From positions 1-64,000 of the forward strand of contig JAEHCQ010000003.1 of assembly GCA_020696385.1 (NCBI GenBank): a stretch of 64,000 nt of DNA, written 5' to 3'. A program made the position numbers and the translations under genes. Positions 20,036 through 29,806 of this stretch are shown here, one piece after another (the first letter of the stretch is position 1; each line of letters begins with the position of its first letter). This stretch comes from Methanobacteriota archaeon. GTDB lineage: Archaea > Thermoplasmatota > Thermoplasmata > SG8-5 > JAGLSY01. The notes below the pieces were generated by a model. That model searched no databases. It was not told where the DNA came from and saw only the letters and a program-made list of their open reading frames with translations.

Positions 20036-21601
20036 ATGACATATCTTAAATTCACAGATTTCGGGCTGATAAAACCGATAGAACGCGCATTAGGCGATAT
20101 CAATTACGTTGATCCAACACCGATACAGCAACAGTCCATACCCTCATTGCTCAAAGGCCGTGACATTCTAGGTTGCGCTCAGACAGGAACTGGAAAGACC
20201 GCAGCTTTCTCATTGCCGATCATCCAACACCTGGCCAAGAACAGACGAAAGCGCGAGACCGGAATTGTTCGCGCTCTCATAGTGACCCCCACAAGGGAAT
20301 TGGCCGACCAGATATACCAGAACATGAGAATGTACGCAAGATATCTTGATGTCAATTCTGTGGTCGTATTTGGCGGAGTGAAACAGAACCCCCAGGTCAA
20401 GAGCCTGAACAGAGGTGTGGATATTCTGGTCGCAACCCCAGGCAGACTTCTGGATCTGATCCAGCAGGGCTATATCAAGCTGGAGAAAGTGGAGATATTT
20501 GTGCTGGATGAAGCAGACAGGATGCTGGATATGGGATTCATACACGACATCAGGCGAATTTTGGGATACCTGCCAGATAAGAGACAGACGATGTTCTTTT
20601 CGGCCACCATGCCTCCAAAGATAGTCAAGCTGTCAAAGTCAATGATCCATGATCCGATCAGGGTGGATGTCACACCAGAAAAGCCAGTCCTCGAATTCAT
20701 AGACCAGCAATTGTTTATGGCAGAGATGAACCAGAAGACAACGGTTCTGATGAATATTCTCAAAGAGGATGATGTCAAGAAGGCACTCGTCTTCACGCGC
20801 ACGAAACATGGAGCCAATAAGATGGTCAGGCTACTGGGGCGCGCGGGCATAGATGCAGAGGGCATACATGGTAATAAATCACAGGCAGCCAGGCAGAGTG
20901 CGCTGGCTGATTTCAAGAATGGTTCCGTAAAGGTGCTGGTCGCTACAGACATCGCAGCTCGTGGAATAGATGTAGAAGGAATAAGCCACGTTATCAATCA
21001 CGATATACCGGATGTTGCGGAAACCTATGTCCACCGTATTGGGAGAACCGCACGTGCAGGCTCCAGCGGGATATCCATATCACTTTGCAGTAAAGAAGAA
21101 CAGGGGTCATGGAGAGATATTGAGAAGCTTATCAAACAGCCGATCCCAGTATCTGATGTGAAACCTTATCTGGGCAATGTCAAGTTGATGCCAGAAGTAA
21201 AAAAGCAACAGCCAAAGCCAAGACAGAGGGTGCAGAAGCAGCATGGCCGAAGACCCGATAATAGACAAGGCGGAAAACCAGGTAATAAACAGGGTGGAAA
21301 GCCAGGCAACCGCCAGGGATATAAGCCTGGCGGGCAACAGAGTCATAAACCGGGTGACCAACAAGACGGAAAACCAGGTAATAAGCAGGATGGAAAGCCA
21401 GGCAACCGCCAGGGATATAAGCCTGGCGGGCAACAGAGTCATAAACCGGGCAATAAACAAGGCGGGAAGCCCGGTGGCTATAAGGGAGGCGGAGGTGGCG
21501 GAAGAAAGCCCAATCCACACAGAGATAGCCGTCGCCAGCAGCAGAAGCAGCCCAAGAAGAGCAACAATGACAGGCAAGGAAATAATATGATCATGCGATG
21601 A
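20036..21601 (+). CDS. DEAD-box RNA helicase (RhlE-like) with repetitive Gly/Lys/Gln tail
   Basis: Q motif, AQTGTGKT, PTRELA, DEAD, SAT, HRIGRTAR. Confidence 0.95.
   Translation: MTYLKFTDFGLIKPIERALGDINYVDPTPIQQQSIPSLLKGRDILGCAQTGTGKTAAFSLPIIQHLAKNRRKRETGIVRALIVTPTRELADQIYQNMRMYARYLDVNSVVVFGGVKQNPQVKSLNRGVDILVATPGRLLDLIQQGYIKLEKVEIFVLDEADRMLDMGFIHDIRRILGYLPDKRQTMFFSATMPPKIVKLSKSMIHDPIRVDVTPEKPVLEFIDQQLFMAEMNQKTTVLMNILKEDDVKKALVFTRTKHGANKMVRLLGRAGIDAEGIHGNKSQAARQSALADFKNGSVKVLVATDIAARGIDVEGISHVINHDIPDVAETYVHRIGRTARAGSSGISISLCSKEEQGSWRDIEKLIKQPIPVSDVKPYLGNVKLMPEVKKQQPKPRQRVQKQHGRRPDNRQGGKPGNKQGGKPGNRQGYKPGGQQSHKPGDQQDGKPGNKQDGKPGNRQGYKPGGQQSHKPGNKQGGKPGGYKGGGGGGRKPNPHRDSRRQQQKQPKKSNNDRQGNNMIMR
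21266..21475 (+). repeat. In-frame tandem repeat, 24-nt unit with 96-nt higher-order duplication
   Basis: CAAG(G/A)CGGAAAACCAGGTAATAA... at 21266 and 21362; encodes (QxxKPGxx)n. Confidence 0.9.
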
Positions 21602-21858
21602 GCTGTTATCAAAACAACAGTTGCCTTATTAAGGATTATATAATTCAAAAAAATACTTCGGAAAGAATTAATTACTTTCATGCCTATATGAATGATATCG
21701 GAGAGAAGAATCTTGGATGTCTGGCTTGTTCAGATATTGATTTGCAGTTCTATGGTGATCCAGGAGCAGCAGATGCAACTATGATCCGTAATCGGGTCGT
21801 AAGCCAGAAATGAAAACGAATGCCCCATCCTGGGCAGGGCATGTATTTAGGTGATAGG

Positions 21859-22131
21859 ATGAACGATGAATTCAATATATTATGGAGAAAGATAAGTAGC
21901 TTCGAGGGAGAGGACTTCAAGACTTGGAGAGAAATGCTGTTCACCTACAGGATTGAAGGGGATGTCATGCGCACCAGCAGGACGAAATTCAATCTGTCCA
22001 AATCAGATTTTCAGATAGCTTATGAGATGGTTCCCATCAAGGATCCCAGCGAGTTGAAGGGTAAGGTGCGGGGCGCGTCTTATATCTGGGCCATACTGAA
22101 TGACCCGAGAATATCCGGCGGCAAGTGGTGA
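21859..22131 (+). CDS. Conserved hypothetical protein
   Basis: GGTGAT RBS; ends VRGASYIWAILNDPRI. Confidence 0.7.
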   Translation: MNDEFNILWRKISSFEGEDFKTWREMLFTYRIEGDVMRTSRTKFNLSKSDFQIAYEMVPIKDPSELKGKVRGASYIWAILNDPRISGGKW

Positions 22132-22376
22132 GGTCTTTCTCACCCAGTGCGATTACTTATGGAATGGGCTACCCATCTTTTTCATATTGAATTTAAATGC
22201 CAACTAAGAAAATGATTGATGGGCCCGGGCAAAATTATGGTAGAATCCACTCAATTTGTGTAGAATTTAATCACAAATATTTAAGGCGGCTAAGGATAAA
22301 ACATTCATATAATTTCGAGATAAGTATAATACAGTCAACAGAAAATATTATTCAGTATGATACAATTTCATTCGCG

Positions 22377-23282
22377 ATGGACGAGGTTGACCTGACCATA
22401 ATCAAAGAGCTGTGGGCGAACTCAAGAATTACCATTAGAGAGCTTGCAGACAATTTAGATATATCCGTGAACAGTGTACACAAGAGAGTCAACAACCTTG
22501 AGAACGAGGGCATAATTGAAAACTTCATTCTGATACCAGTTAATCTCCACCCAGCTTCAGCATGGGTCTTGATATTTGGCAAGTCAAATTCTCCTTCCCT
22601 GGAGAAATCAATTAATAAACTGGGAAAGAAGGGAAACATCAATAAAGTGGTCTCGTGTTTGGATAACTGGGTCATGGTAAATGGACATCTTAGGAAGATA
22701 TCAGATCTTAAGAACTTCACTGAAGATGTTGTTAGAGAGCTGGCCATCGAAGAATATACCTTTGGCATTTTAACTGACGGTGAAATGAAAGACGAAACTC
22801 CACCTCTTTCCAAACTGGATTATCAAATATGTAATTCAATGGCCAATAATTCAAGAAAATCCATGTCGGACGTTGCCAAGGAGCTGAGCGTGACCCCAAA
22901 AACTGTAAAAAGAAGATTGGCAAAAATGGAGGAGGAGGGATCGGTTTACGCCAGGATCCAATGGCAGCCCACCGTGGGCTCTGAGATCATATCATACATG
23001 TACTTGACCTTGAAACCTGGCATATCAAAGCGAGAGGTCGTCAGAGACTTATCTAATGATCACTCACCACATTTTATTCAACATTATGAATTCAGCAATC
23101 TTCCAGATTTCATGTTTGTGGCTATCTGGGGAAAGACCTTGAGGCAGATAAATGACATTCAGCAAGAACTCAAGGAAAGTGGAAAGTTCAAGAAGGTCAC
23201 GACCAATGTGCAGTACAAGGCCTATCATTTTGACACTTGGGCGCATGAACATGTTCGAAAGATGGGCGAAATAAAATACTAG
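22377..23282 (+). CDS. Transcription regulator with two tandem Lrp/AsnC-type wHTH units
   Basis: MDEVDLTII...NSRITIRELA...SVHKRV and LSKLDY...VTPKTVKRRL; paralogue at 35560. Confidence 0.88.
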   Translation: MDEVDLTIIKELWANSRITIRELADNLDISVNSVHKRVNNLENEGIIENFILIPVNLHPASAWVLIFGKSNSPSLEKSINKLGKKGNINKVVSCLDNWVMVNGHLRKISDLKNFTEDVVRELAIEEYTFGILTDGEMKDETPPLSKLDYQICNSMANNSRKSMSDVAKELSVTPKTVKRRLAKMEEEGSVYARIQWQPTVGSEIISYMYLTLKPGISKREVVRDLSNDHSPHFIQHYEFSNLPDFMFVAIWGKTLRQINDIQQELKESGKFKKVTTNVQYKAYHFDTWAHEHVRKMGEIKY

Positions 23283-23293
23283 CCAGTATTTTT

Positions 23294-23425
23294 TTTCATG
23301 GACGATTTTTCACCCTATAAGTTAAAAAATTATCTATTTCATCTGCTAGATTTGTATCAATTTTAACTCAGGCTCCGAACATGAGATTATAACGTATTCG
23401 GGCATTATTTTTCTTGAGGTGTAAG
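23294..23425 (+). promoter_or_regulatory. Conserved promoter cassette copy A
   Basis: TCATGGACGATT...AACATGAGATTATAAC...GAGGTG; homologous to 36510-36643 and 41176-41306. Confidence 0.65.
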
Positions 23426-23851
23426 ATGATAGAAATCGACGAACTATTCAAGAAAGCCGAAAAATCCGGCAGTAAGGAATCCATAGCCACTGTATATAAG
23501 AAAAATGATCATACAATTGATATTGGTGTCAGAATCGAGGAAGAAGCCTTGGCTCATATCTTCACAGCCACATCCATTGAACTGGGTCTATCTTCTGACG
23601 GTAGTGTTGATTTGGAACAACTTAACAAGACAATTTCAATACTTTGGAAGCTCAAGGATATGGGTTATACCCTGTGCTATGACGGAAATGGATCGGTGTA
23701 TGCCGAACGGATCACAACCAGGGAGGATGTGAAGAAGCATGTTGAAGATATTCAGAAACTGCTGTCCAGTGACTTAATTTTTATGAATTCAAAATCCAAC
23801 ATTGAGAATAATGATAAAATTAATGTAAAAATAGGTGATAAATATGAATAA
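23426..23851 (+). CDS. Hypothetical protein, paralogue of 36862-37236
   Basis: Shared MGYxLxYxGNGSVYxER motif. Confidence 0.8.
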   Translation: MIEIDELFKKAEKSGSKESIATVYKKNDHTIDIGVRIEEEALAHIFTATSIELGLSSDGSVDLEQLNKTISILWKLKDMGYTLCYDGNGSVYAERITTREDVKKHVEDIQKLLSSDLIFMNSKSNIENNDKINVKIGDKYE

Positions 23852-24311
23852 TAATAATGTAAAAAATACGACAAAAGATAGTGAGCTTGAATTAAAGAAT
23901 GATAGAACGACCGAACCAATCTTCGAAGATGTGAAGATAAATACGAAGATAATGCTTGCAGCATTGTGGGGAGCACATTTCATGCTCTGGACATTTGGAG
24001 ATATGGCATCTCTTCTGCAGCAACTGAATGACCCAGTTGCAAATAATTTGTTGTTATTTGTTGCAGTCCCAACTGCGATGGCTCAGGCATTGATGATATT
24101 CATCAGCCTTACAGGGAAACCAAAGATGGCTCGTACGGCAAATATAGGTGTGGCCTCAGTATTCCTCCTATTGAATGTAGGGTTCATATCTGAAGCAACA
24201 GCGCCCTGGCAAGCTCTTTTGGGTGTGACATATCTTCTGTTCACTGTACTGATAATCAAGTATGCATGGAAGTGGCCCCAGCAGGAATCTCAGCCCCGAG
24301 GTGAAAACTAA
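23844..24311 (+). CDS. Four-TM membrane protein (DUF6326-like)
   Basis: KINTKIMLAALW...GD, RTANIG, YAWKWP; GGTGAT RBS. Confidence 0.75.
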   Translation: MNNNNVKNTTKDSELELKNDRTTEPIFEDVKINTKIMLAALWGAHFMLWTFGDMASLLQQLNDPVANNLLLFVAVPTAMAQALMIFISLTGKPKMARTANIGVASVFLLLNVGFISEATAPWQALLGVTYLLFTVLIIKYAWKWPQQESQPRGEN

Positions 24312-24404
24312 TTAAAACAATTGTATCCACAGATATTGGCCAACCAAAGAGAAAAATCTAATATCTGTGGAATACAATTCCATATAAGAAAATCGGTGAT
24401 TATC

Positions 24405-25541
24405 ATGGATATCTCATTTCTACCCTCTGGCTATTTGATCTCGACAATAAATGAAAATGAATATAAAACATCCAAGGAAACTACCTTTCTTGTTAGAGCG
24501 CTGAGAGTGAAAAACACTCTTAAAAAGAAGGTTTCAATTAAAGAACTCCAATTTGATATCATATCAAATGATGTCAGTGTACAGAAAATCAGCTATTCAG
24601 GAGATATATTGACAGCCAGAGCCAATCAAGTGGTAAAACTATTGGAAATGATCGGCAAAAAACAGGAAGGCCCACTAGCTGAGGCATCACGTCTAGCAAA
24701 TGCACAATTTTTCATGGGACAGGAGGAGTTCTGGAACCCTGATAATTTTGTCTCGGGTAATGAATTAGATCACCAGCAGGAGACTGGCATCAGGCTTGAG
24801 GTATTTCGATTGGTCTCAATTAATCCGATCGATGAACTGGAGTGCACGGTGATCTACGAACTGGATAATGAAGAGAAGAAGGAAACAATATCAATTCCCA
24901 TAAAGGCGTACAAGACAAAGAATGAATATATCTTTCCGCTGAAGGGTGACTGGTTGGTCTGGGGTAATTGTGATGATACAATGAGTCATAGAACAATGCA
25001 CTCCCAGGAATTTGGAATGGACTTGGTGAAATTCAATGATGACATGATGATGCCTCAAATTGGCTCGACTCCAAACAAGGATTTCAAGATGTACAATAAA
25101 GAGATCATTGCAATTGCTGATGGAAAGGTCATTGATTGTTTTGGAAATTCACCCGAAAATCCTGCAGCTCCAGACATGCTCCCAGATGAGGAGATCGCAG
25201 ATATAGCTGAGAAGTATGGATTTATTGTGGCTGCATCGGGAAATTATGTGGTATTGGAGCATGATAATGGCGAATATTCATTCTATGGCCATATGGTAAA
25301 AGATAGTGTCAAAGTCGAGAAAGGACAGACGGTAAAGCAAGGACAAGTTTTAGGGCGACTTGGAAACTCAGGAAGTTCTACTGGACCACATTTACATTTC
25401 CATTTGATGGCTGGACCTGATCTCATGACTTCCAGAGGATTGCCCTGCCATTTTACCAATATCATGGATTTTACGGGTCAGAAGGTGGAGTTCATTCAGA
25501 AGAACTTAATGGTCGTTCATACAATTGAGGGTCCGGTGTAA
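24405..25541 (+). CDS. M23 family metallopeptidase
   Basis: GNYVVLEH, YGHM, GNSGSSTGPHLHF motifs. Confidence 0.9.
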   Translation: MDISFLPSGYLISTINENEYKTSKETTFLVRALRVKNTLKKKVSIKELQFDIISNDVSVQKISYSGDILTARANQVVKLLEMIGKKQEGPLAEASRLANAQFFMGQEEFWNPDNFVSGNELDHQQETGIRLEVFRLVSINPIDELECTVIYELDNEEKKETISIPIKAYKTKNEYIFPLKGDWLVWGNCDDTMSHRTMHSQEFGMDLVKFNDDMMMPQIGSTPNKDFKMYNKEIIAIADGKVIDCFGNSPENPAAPDMLPDEEIADIAEKYGFIVAASGNYVVLEHDNGEYSFYGHMVKDSVKVEKGQTVKQGQVLGRLGNSGSSTGPHLHFHLMAGPDLMTSRGLPCHFTNIMDFTGQKVEFIQKNLMVVHTIEGPV

Positions 25542-25611
25542 ATGTCCAAAAGCAATTATACCTCTGAAAACATTCCCCTACCTAAGGGAAATTCTTAAAT
25601 ATATAAAAAAG

Positions 25612-25684
25612 TGGGCCCGCCCAGATTCGAACTGGAGTCTAGCGCCCCCGAAGCGCCAAGTATGCCAAGCTAACCCACGGGCCC
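25612..25684 (-). tRNA. tRNA-Pro (CGG)
   Basis: GGGCCCG acceptor stem, anticodon arm GGCGC-TTCGGGG-GCGCT, T-loop TTCGAAT; no intron, CCA not encoded. Confidence 0.95.
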
Positions 25685-25797
25685 TTATCAGCAGGGTAAA
25701 ATGAAGTCCAGTATAAAGATTATCTTCAAGGGAAATCTCAATTTTCGAGAAGGCTGAATCTCAGCAAAGCTGAGCTTTCGCAATCTCGGCAAACCGA

Positions 25798-25987
25798 GCT
25801 TGGGCGAGTTTTTTTAAATGCGACTTCATCAATTGATCCCACGCATTTATTTTATCAAACGTATGCAATGGGTTTGATTCGACTTGTTACCCTTCTTCTT
25901 CTTTTTTTTAAGATGTGCATTCCGGGAATGCATGCATCTTTTTTATCAAACACATGCATATGAATTTGATTCAGGAGCCAGTGCCAG
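25798..25987. mobile_element. Degenerate copy of the pseudoknot element, interrupted by two related ~65-bp twin-hairpin inserts (25816-25882, 25910-25973)
   Basis: Removing the inserts restores GCTTGGGCGAG-T-tract-CTTGTTACCCTTCTTCTTC-T-tract-GGAGCC; inserts share TTTTATCAAAC..ATGCA..TTTGATTC. Confidence 0.6.
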
Positions 25988-26018
25988 TCATTTTAACAGA
26001 TAAATATAAAACAAATTG

Positions 26019-26117
26019 CGAGTGAGCATGGTCGCCCGAGTTTTTCTTGTTACCCTTCTTCTTCTTTTTGGAGGGCGACCCAGCACAACGAGCACTAAAA
26101 AGAAGAAATTGGAAGCT
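26019..26117. mobile_element. Second intact ~100-bp pseudoknot element
   Basis: CGAGTGAGCATG, stem GGTCGCCC/GGGCGACC, stem TTCTTCTTTTT/AAAAAGAAGAA; same layout as 1418-1516. Confidence 0.7.
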
Positions 26118-26136
26118 CTAACCCACGGGCCCTTAT
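26118..26136 (-). repeat. 19-bp duplication of the tRNA-Pro 5' end
   Basis: CTAACCCACGGGCCCTTAT identical at 25670-25688 and 26118-26136. Confidence 0.85.
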
Positions 26137-26244
26137 TTGCGTCCCTGGTATTGTTAGGGGGTTGATATATATTTTGATGTGGGCTATATTGATGTTTCAG
26201 TATGGTGGTGGTAATTCTCTCTGCATTGGGGGGGTGGTGGAGCG

Positions 26245-26424
26245 TCAATCCTTCATAAACGCCTTGACCAGACCGAAGAGGATGAATCCCACGCCCAGGC
26301 CCACCAATACACCTACTGCCGCGTTCCCAAAATAAATTCCAAGGCCGATACCGATCATCAATGGGCCAACAAATAATAGCCCTCCAGCATTGTCAGATCT
26401 TGATTTCCCATTGTTTTCCATCAT
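26245..26424 (-). CDS. Small Gly-rich two-TM membrane protein (59 aa, not in ORF track)
   Basis: MMENNGKSRSDNAGGLLFVGPLMIGIGLGIYFGNAAVGVLVGLGVGFILFGLVKAFMKD. Confidence 0.75.
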   Translation of the reverse strand: MMENNGKSRSDNAGGLLFVGPLMIGIGLGIYFGNAAVGVLVGLGVGFILFGLVKAFMKD

Positions 26425-26779
26425 GATTCCCTACTCCTCTGATTATAATAATGTTTTGAGTATTTATTTGTATCTTAGATCATGGGTCAATATGAAAGAA
26501 GATGGGAGCGCGTTCTCTGCAACCCATTACAATGTCTCTGCAGAGCGTCTTCTCTTTGAACATGCTCCGTCTAATTGAACCAACTGAACCAAGGCGGGCG
26601 AGGTGGTCTTCATCCTTTGAGACATTATTCCCACACACTGGCATACCCCTCTTAACAAACCTCCACCACACCTGTAATTCACCATAATCCAAATCTTTAA
26701 ATACTTTGTGCGATATATCTAACATTATGTTTGAAATATCAAACAAAAAGTTAGAAAACAACTACAATGGTGATAAATC

Positions 26780-27568
26780 TTGAAAGAATTGATAAGAACA
26801 GATAAGTTGTCCAAATACTATGGAAAGAATGGTAGTATAAAGGCAGTGGACAAACTAGATCTGAAGGTGTATGAAGGAGAAACCTTTGGTCTTCTTGGAC
26901 CAAATGGTGCAGGAAAAACAACCATCATAAGAATGTTGAGCGGTATAATTAGCCCCAGCAATGGCACGGCTTCTGTAAATGGTTTTGATATTGTAAAACA
27001 AGATATAGAGGTCAAGAGGATCACTGGCCTACTCGCTGAGTCCCCTGGTCTTTATGATAAATTAAGTGCATACGAATTTCTTGAATTTATGGGAGCACTT
27101 TATGAAGTGCCAGAGAATATACTAAAGCAGAGGATAGATCATTACCTCAAGATATTTGCCTTAGACGGACGACAGGATTACCTTCTTGAAGGCTTCAGCA
27201 GGGGAATGAAACAGAAAGTACTGATCGCCGCAGCCATGGTACATGATCCTGCAATCATATTCCTTGACGAGCCGACCTCGGCATTGGATCCGCGAGCTGC
27301 TCTCACTGTCAAGCATCTATTGAAGGAATTATCTGAAGATGCCGGGAAGACAATATTTGTTAGCAGCCACATCCTTCCCATAATTGAAGAGTTATGTGAT
27401 AGAATTGGCATAATAAATGAAGGAAAACTTATTACAGTGGGTACGGTCGAGGAAATACTTACGCAGGCCGAAAAGCCCACTCTTGAAGAGGCATTTATTG
27501 CCATGACTGGCGGTGTTGATAAAAAAGAACTTCTTGCATGGAGGGAACAGGGCAATGGCAGTGCCTAA
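26780..27568 (+). CDS. ABC transporter ATP-binding protein
   Basis: GPNGAGKTT, FSRGM, LDEPT, SSH. Confidence 0.95.
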   Translation: MKELIRTDKLSKYYGKNGSIKAVDKLDLKVYEGETFGLLGPNGAGKTTIIRMLSGIISPSNGTASVNGFDIVKQDIEVKRITGLLAESPGLYDKLSAYEFLEFMGALYEVPENILKQRIDHYLKIFALDGRQDYLLEGFSRGMKQKVLIAAAMVHDPAIIFLDEPTSALDPRAALTVKHLLKELSEDAGKTIFVSSHILPIIEELCDRIGIINEGKLITVGTVEEILTQAEKPTLEEAFIAMTGGVDKKELLAWREQGNGSA

Positions 27569-29114
27569 ATGGTTAATTATTGCGAGAAATGAGTATTTAA
27601 TTAGCACAAGCTCTATCAGAAAGATAAGGCAGATATTTCCATTTTTGGTTATAATATTCTTAGGTGTTTACCTGGGATACATAGCTCCAAGAATTGTAGA
27701 TGTCTTATTGGATGATTTCCTATTATTCTTTCTTTCCCAGACAGCTTTGACAATGATCCGCCTGATACTATTCATGTTCTTTCTCTGGTTCATTATCTTT
27801 CCAATAGCCAATACTCTTAAATTCGAGCATATGGACAATAAAGAACTATTGTTATCAGCCCCTCTAAAATCCAGTGACCTTTTGATGGGAAAATTTCTGG
27901 GCCAAGCCCCTATTTACTGCATTTTTATTACCCTCATAACGGGATTTTTCACTGCCTTGCTTATACCTCTTGGTATTGATATGTTGCAGGTAATTATCAT
28001 AGTTTTGGCCTTTGTATTAATCTTATTATCTGCAGAGTGGATTGGCATTTTGATAGCCAGCATACTTCGCACAAGATTGGAGAAGAGTGCCAGAGGAAAG
28101 GACATCGGAAAGGCCCTTTCTATGATCATCGCATTACCTCTGATCGCATTGATGTATGCAATAATAGGCGGGGGCTTGATGGATGCTGTTGAAAGCTCTG
28201 GAACCAGTACACCTGTTGATAATTTACTTATGATGCTTCCCAGCACTTGGGGTGCCAATATAATAATGGATTTTGGATTGAATCCCGGAGATATCAGTTC
28301 TGTATGGCAGGACACTATCATCAATTTTGGGGGTCTGGCCTTCTTCTTCATTGCTTCCTTATGGATTGGCTCAAAGCTAGCCGATAGGGTATACAGTCTT
28401 GAAGCTATGGGTTTTTCATCATCAATGGTAATGCGCGACGGATATTTCTACAAGGCTATTAAGAAAATCGGGGGTGGCCAGTCTTTTGGAATTCTTCTGG
28501 CCTCTGCGTTTAAGGACTACAGCAGAAGGTATGAGAATCTATCCAAGATAATCTATATTGTTAGCCTTATGATCATGTTAAAAGTATTCTTTGGTAGTGA
28601 TGATGCAGAGAGCCCCTTAGATGCTGTCATCCTTCTTTTCTTCATATTCTCGCTCTTGGCTGCTTTTGTAGTCGGGGAGGTAACACTGCGTGGAAAGGAA
28701 GCATTATTCATCTTCAAGAAAGCCCCATCTGGTGAGGGGAAACTCATCAAGACCAGATTAATTATGGGGCTGTTAATTATCCTTCCAATTGGGGTTTTAA
28801 TAACTTTATATTCTCTTATAATAATCCCTCAAATATCTATCATTATGATATTAGGATATACTGCAGTGATGATCATCGTGGTAATGTCAAATGTGGCCTC
28901 AGCTCTTGGGATAGCAATATTGAATCCAGTATACAATGAAAAGGAAAGTATGGTGAATGTTATGATCATGGCAATGATTGTTCCACAAATATCATTGATG
29001 TCATTGATATTCCTTGATGATCCTTGGAATATCATAATAATAATAGTGACCAATTGTGTGCTCGGAGCTTTATTACTAAGCCTCGGGACTTTGAAGTTAA
29101 AAAGAATGGAATAG
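27555..29114 (+). CDS. ABC transporter permease (~12 TM, duplicated ABC-2 type)
   Basis: Overlaps ATPase stop; two halves each of about six hydrophobic helices. Confidence 0.85.
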   Translation: MAVPKWLIIARNEYLISTSSIRKIRQIFPFLVIIFLGVYLGYIAPRIVDVLLDDFLLFFLSQTALTMIRLILFMFFLWFIIFPIANTLKFEHMDNKELLLSAPLKSSDLLMGKFLGQAPIYCIFITLITGFFTALLIPLGIDMLQVIIIVLAFVLILLSAEWIGILIASILRTRLEKSARGKDIGKALSMIIALPLIALMYAIIGGGLMDAVESSGTSTPVDNLLMMLPSTWGANIIMDFGLNPGDISSVWQDTIINFGGLAFFFIASLWIGSKLADRVYSLEAMGFSSSMVMRDGYFYKAIKKIGGGQSFGILLASAFKDYSRRYENLSKIIYIVSLMIMLKVFFGSDDAESPLDAVILLFFIFSLLAAFVVGEVTLRGKEALFIFKKAPSGEGKLIKTRLIMGLLIILPIGVLITLYSLIIIPQISIIMILGYTAVMIIVVMSNVASALGIAILNPVYNEKESMVNVMIMAMIVPQISLMSLIFLDDPWNIIIIIVTNCVLGALLLSLGTLKLKRME

Positions 29115-29131
29115 AAAAAAAGGTGATATAG

Positions 29132-29551
29132 ATGAAAGACAAACTCGGAATAATGTTGGGGATCGCGGTCATGATCATGGTATTGTTTACCATGGGACTG
29201 TGGGTTGCGAATGTTGCGAATATTGAGGATTTGGGAGCAGAGGATTTCATCATGCCCATAATCATCATCGTCCTGGTGGGCTTCGCCATGTTGATAGTCA
29301 AGGACAAGATAAGCAATGTCAGGCAAAACCTGCCATCTGATGATGAGAGGATAAGGATGGTCAACTACAAGGCAGGATACTATGGCTTCATTGCTGCGAT
29401 ATGGAGCGCGGTGTTTGGGCCAACACTGTATGACATCATCTATAATGACGAGCTGCGAGGTGGTCTTGTGACGGCAACAGTTGTTCTGGTGGGTGGTTTC
29501 ACATTTGTGATATCGTTCCTGATCCTCCAATCGAGAGGTGATGCTGTTTGA
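29132..29551 (+). CDS. Membrane protein (DUF2178-like)
   Basis: DDER...KAGYYGF motif; precedes an XRE HTH gene. Confidence 0.75.
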   Translation: MKDKLGIMLGIAVMIMVLFTMGLWVANVANIEDLGAEDFIMPIIIIVLVGFAMLIVKDKISNVRQNLPSDDERIRMVNYKAGYYGFIAAIWSAVFGPTLYDIIYNDELRGGLVTATVVLVGGFTFVISFLILQSRGDAV

Positions 29552-29602
29552 AGAACGCCTTCTGGTACCTGGGTTTTCTTTCTGACAGGATGGGGCGGTA
29601 GG

Positions 29603-29794
29603 ATGAGAACCCGCATAAAGGAACTAAGGGCCAGGCATAATCTGACGCAGGAGGATCTGGCGCGAAAGGTGGGTGTCCGCAGGGAGACGATAGTCTACCT
29701 TGAAAAAGGCAAATACAATCCATCATTGAAGATGGCACACGACGTGGCTGTGGCTCTGAAATCCACAATTGATGAAGTGTTCATCTTTGATTGA
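29603..29794 (+). CDS. XRE/Cro-type helix-turn-helix regulator
   Basis: [29 protein letters not shown]. Confidence 0.92.
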   Translation: MRTRIKELRARHNLTQEDLARKVGVRRETIVYLEKGKYNPSLKMAHDVAVALKSTIDEVFIFD

Positions 29795-29806
29795 TTGAAC
29801 ACTGGC

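Noticed and set aside
21688-21813. 41-codon ORF with CxxC
   Set aside because: Too short, single CxxC, no clear RBS.
26480-26761. 93-aa minus-strand ORF
   Set aside because: No recognisable motif or RBS; overlaps the ABC operon promoter; at most a decayed fragment.
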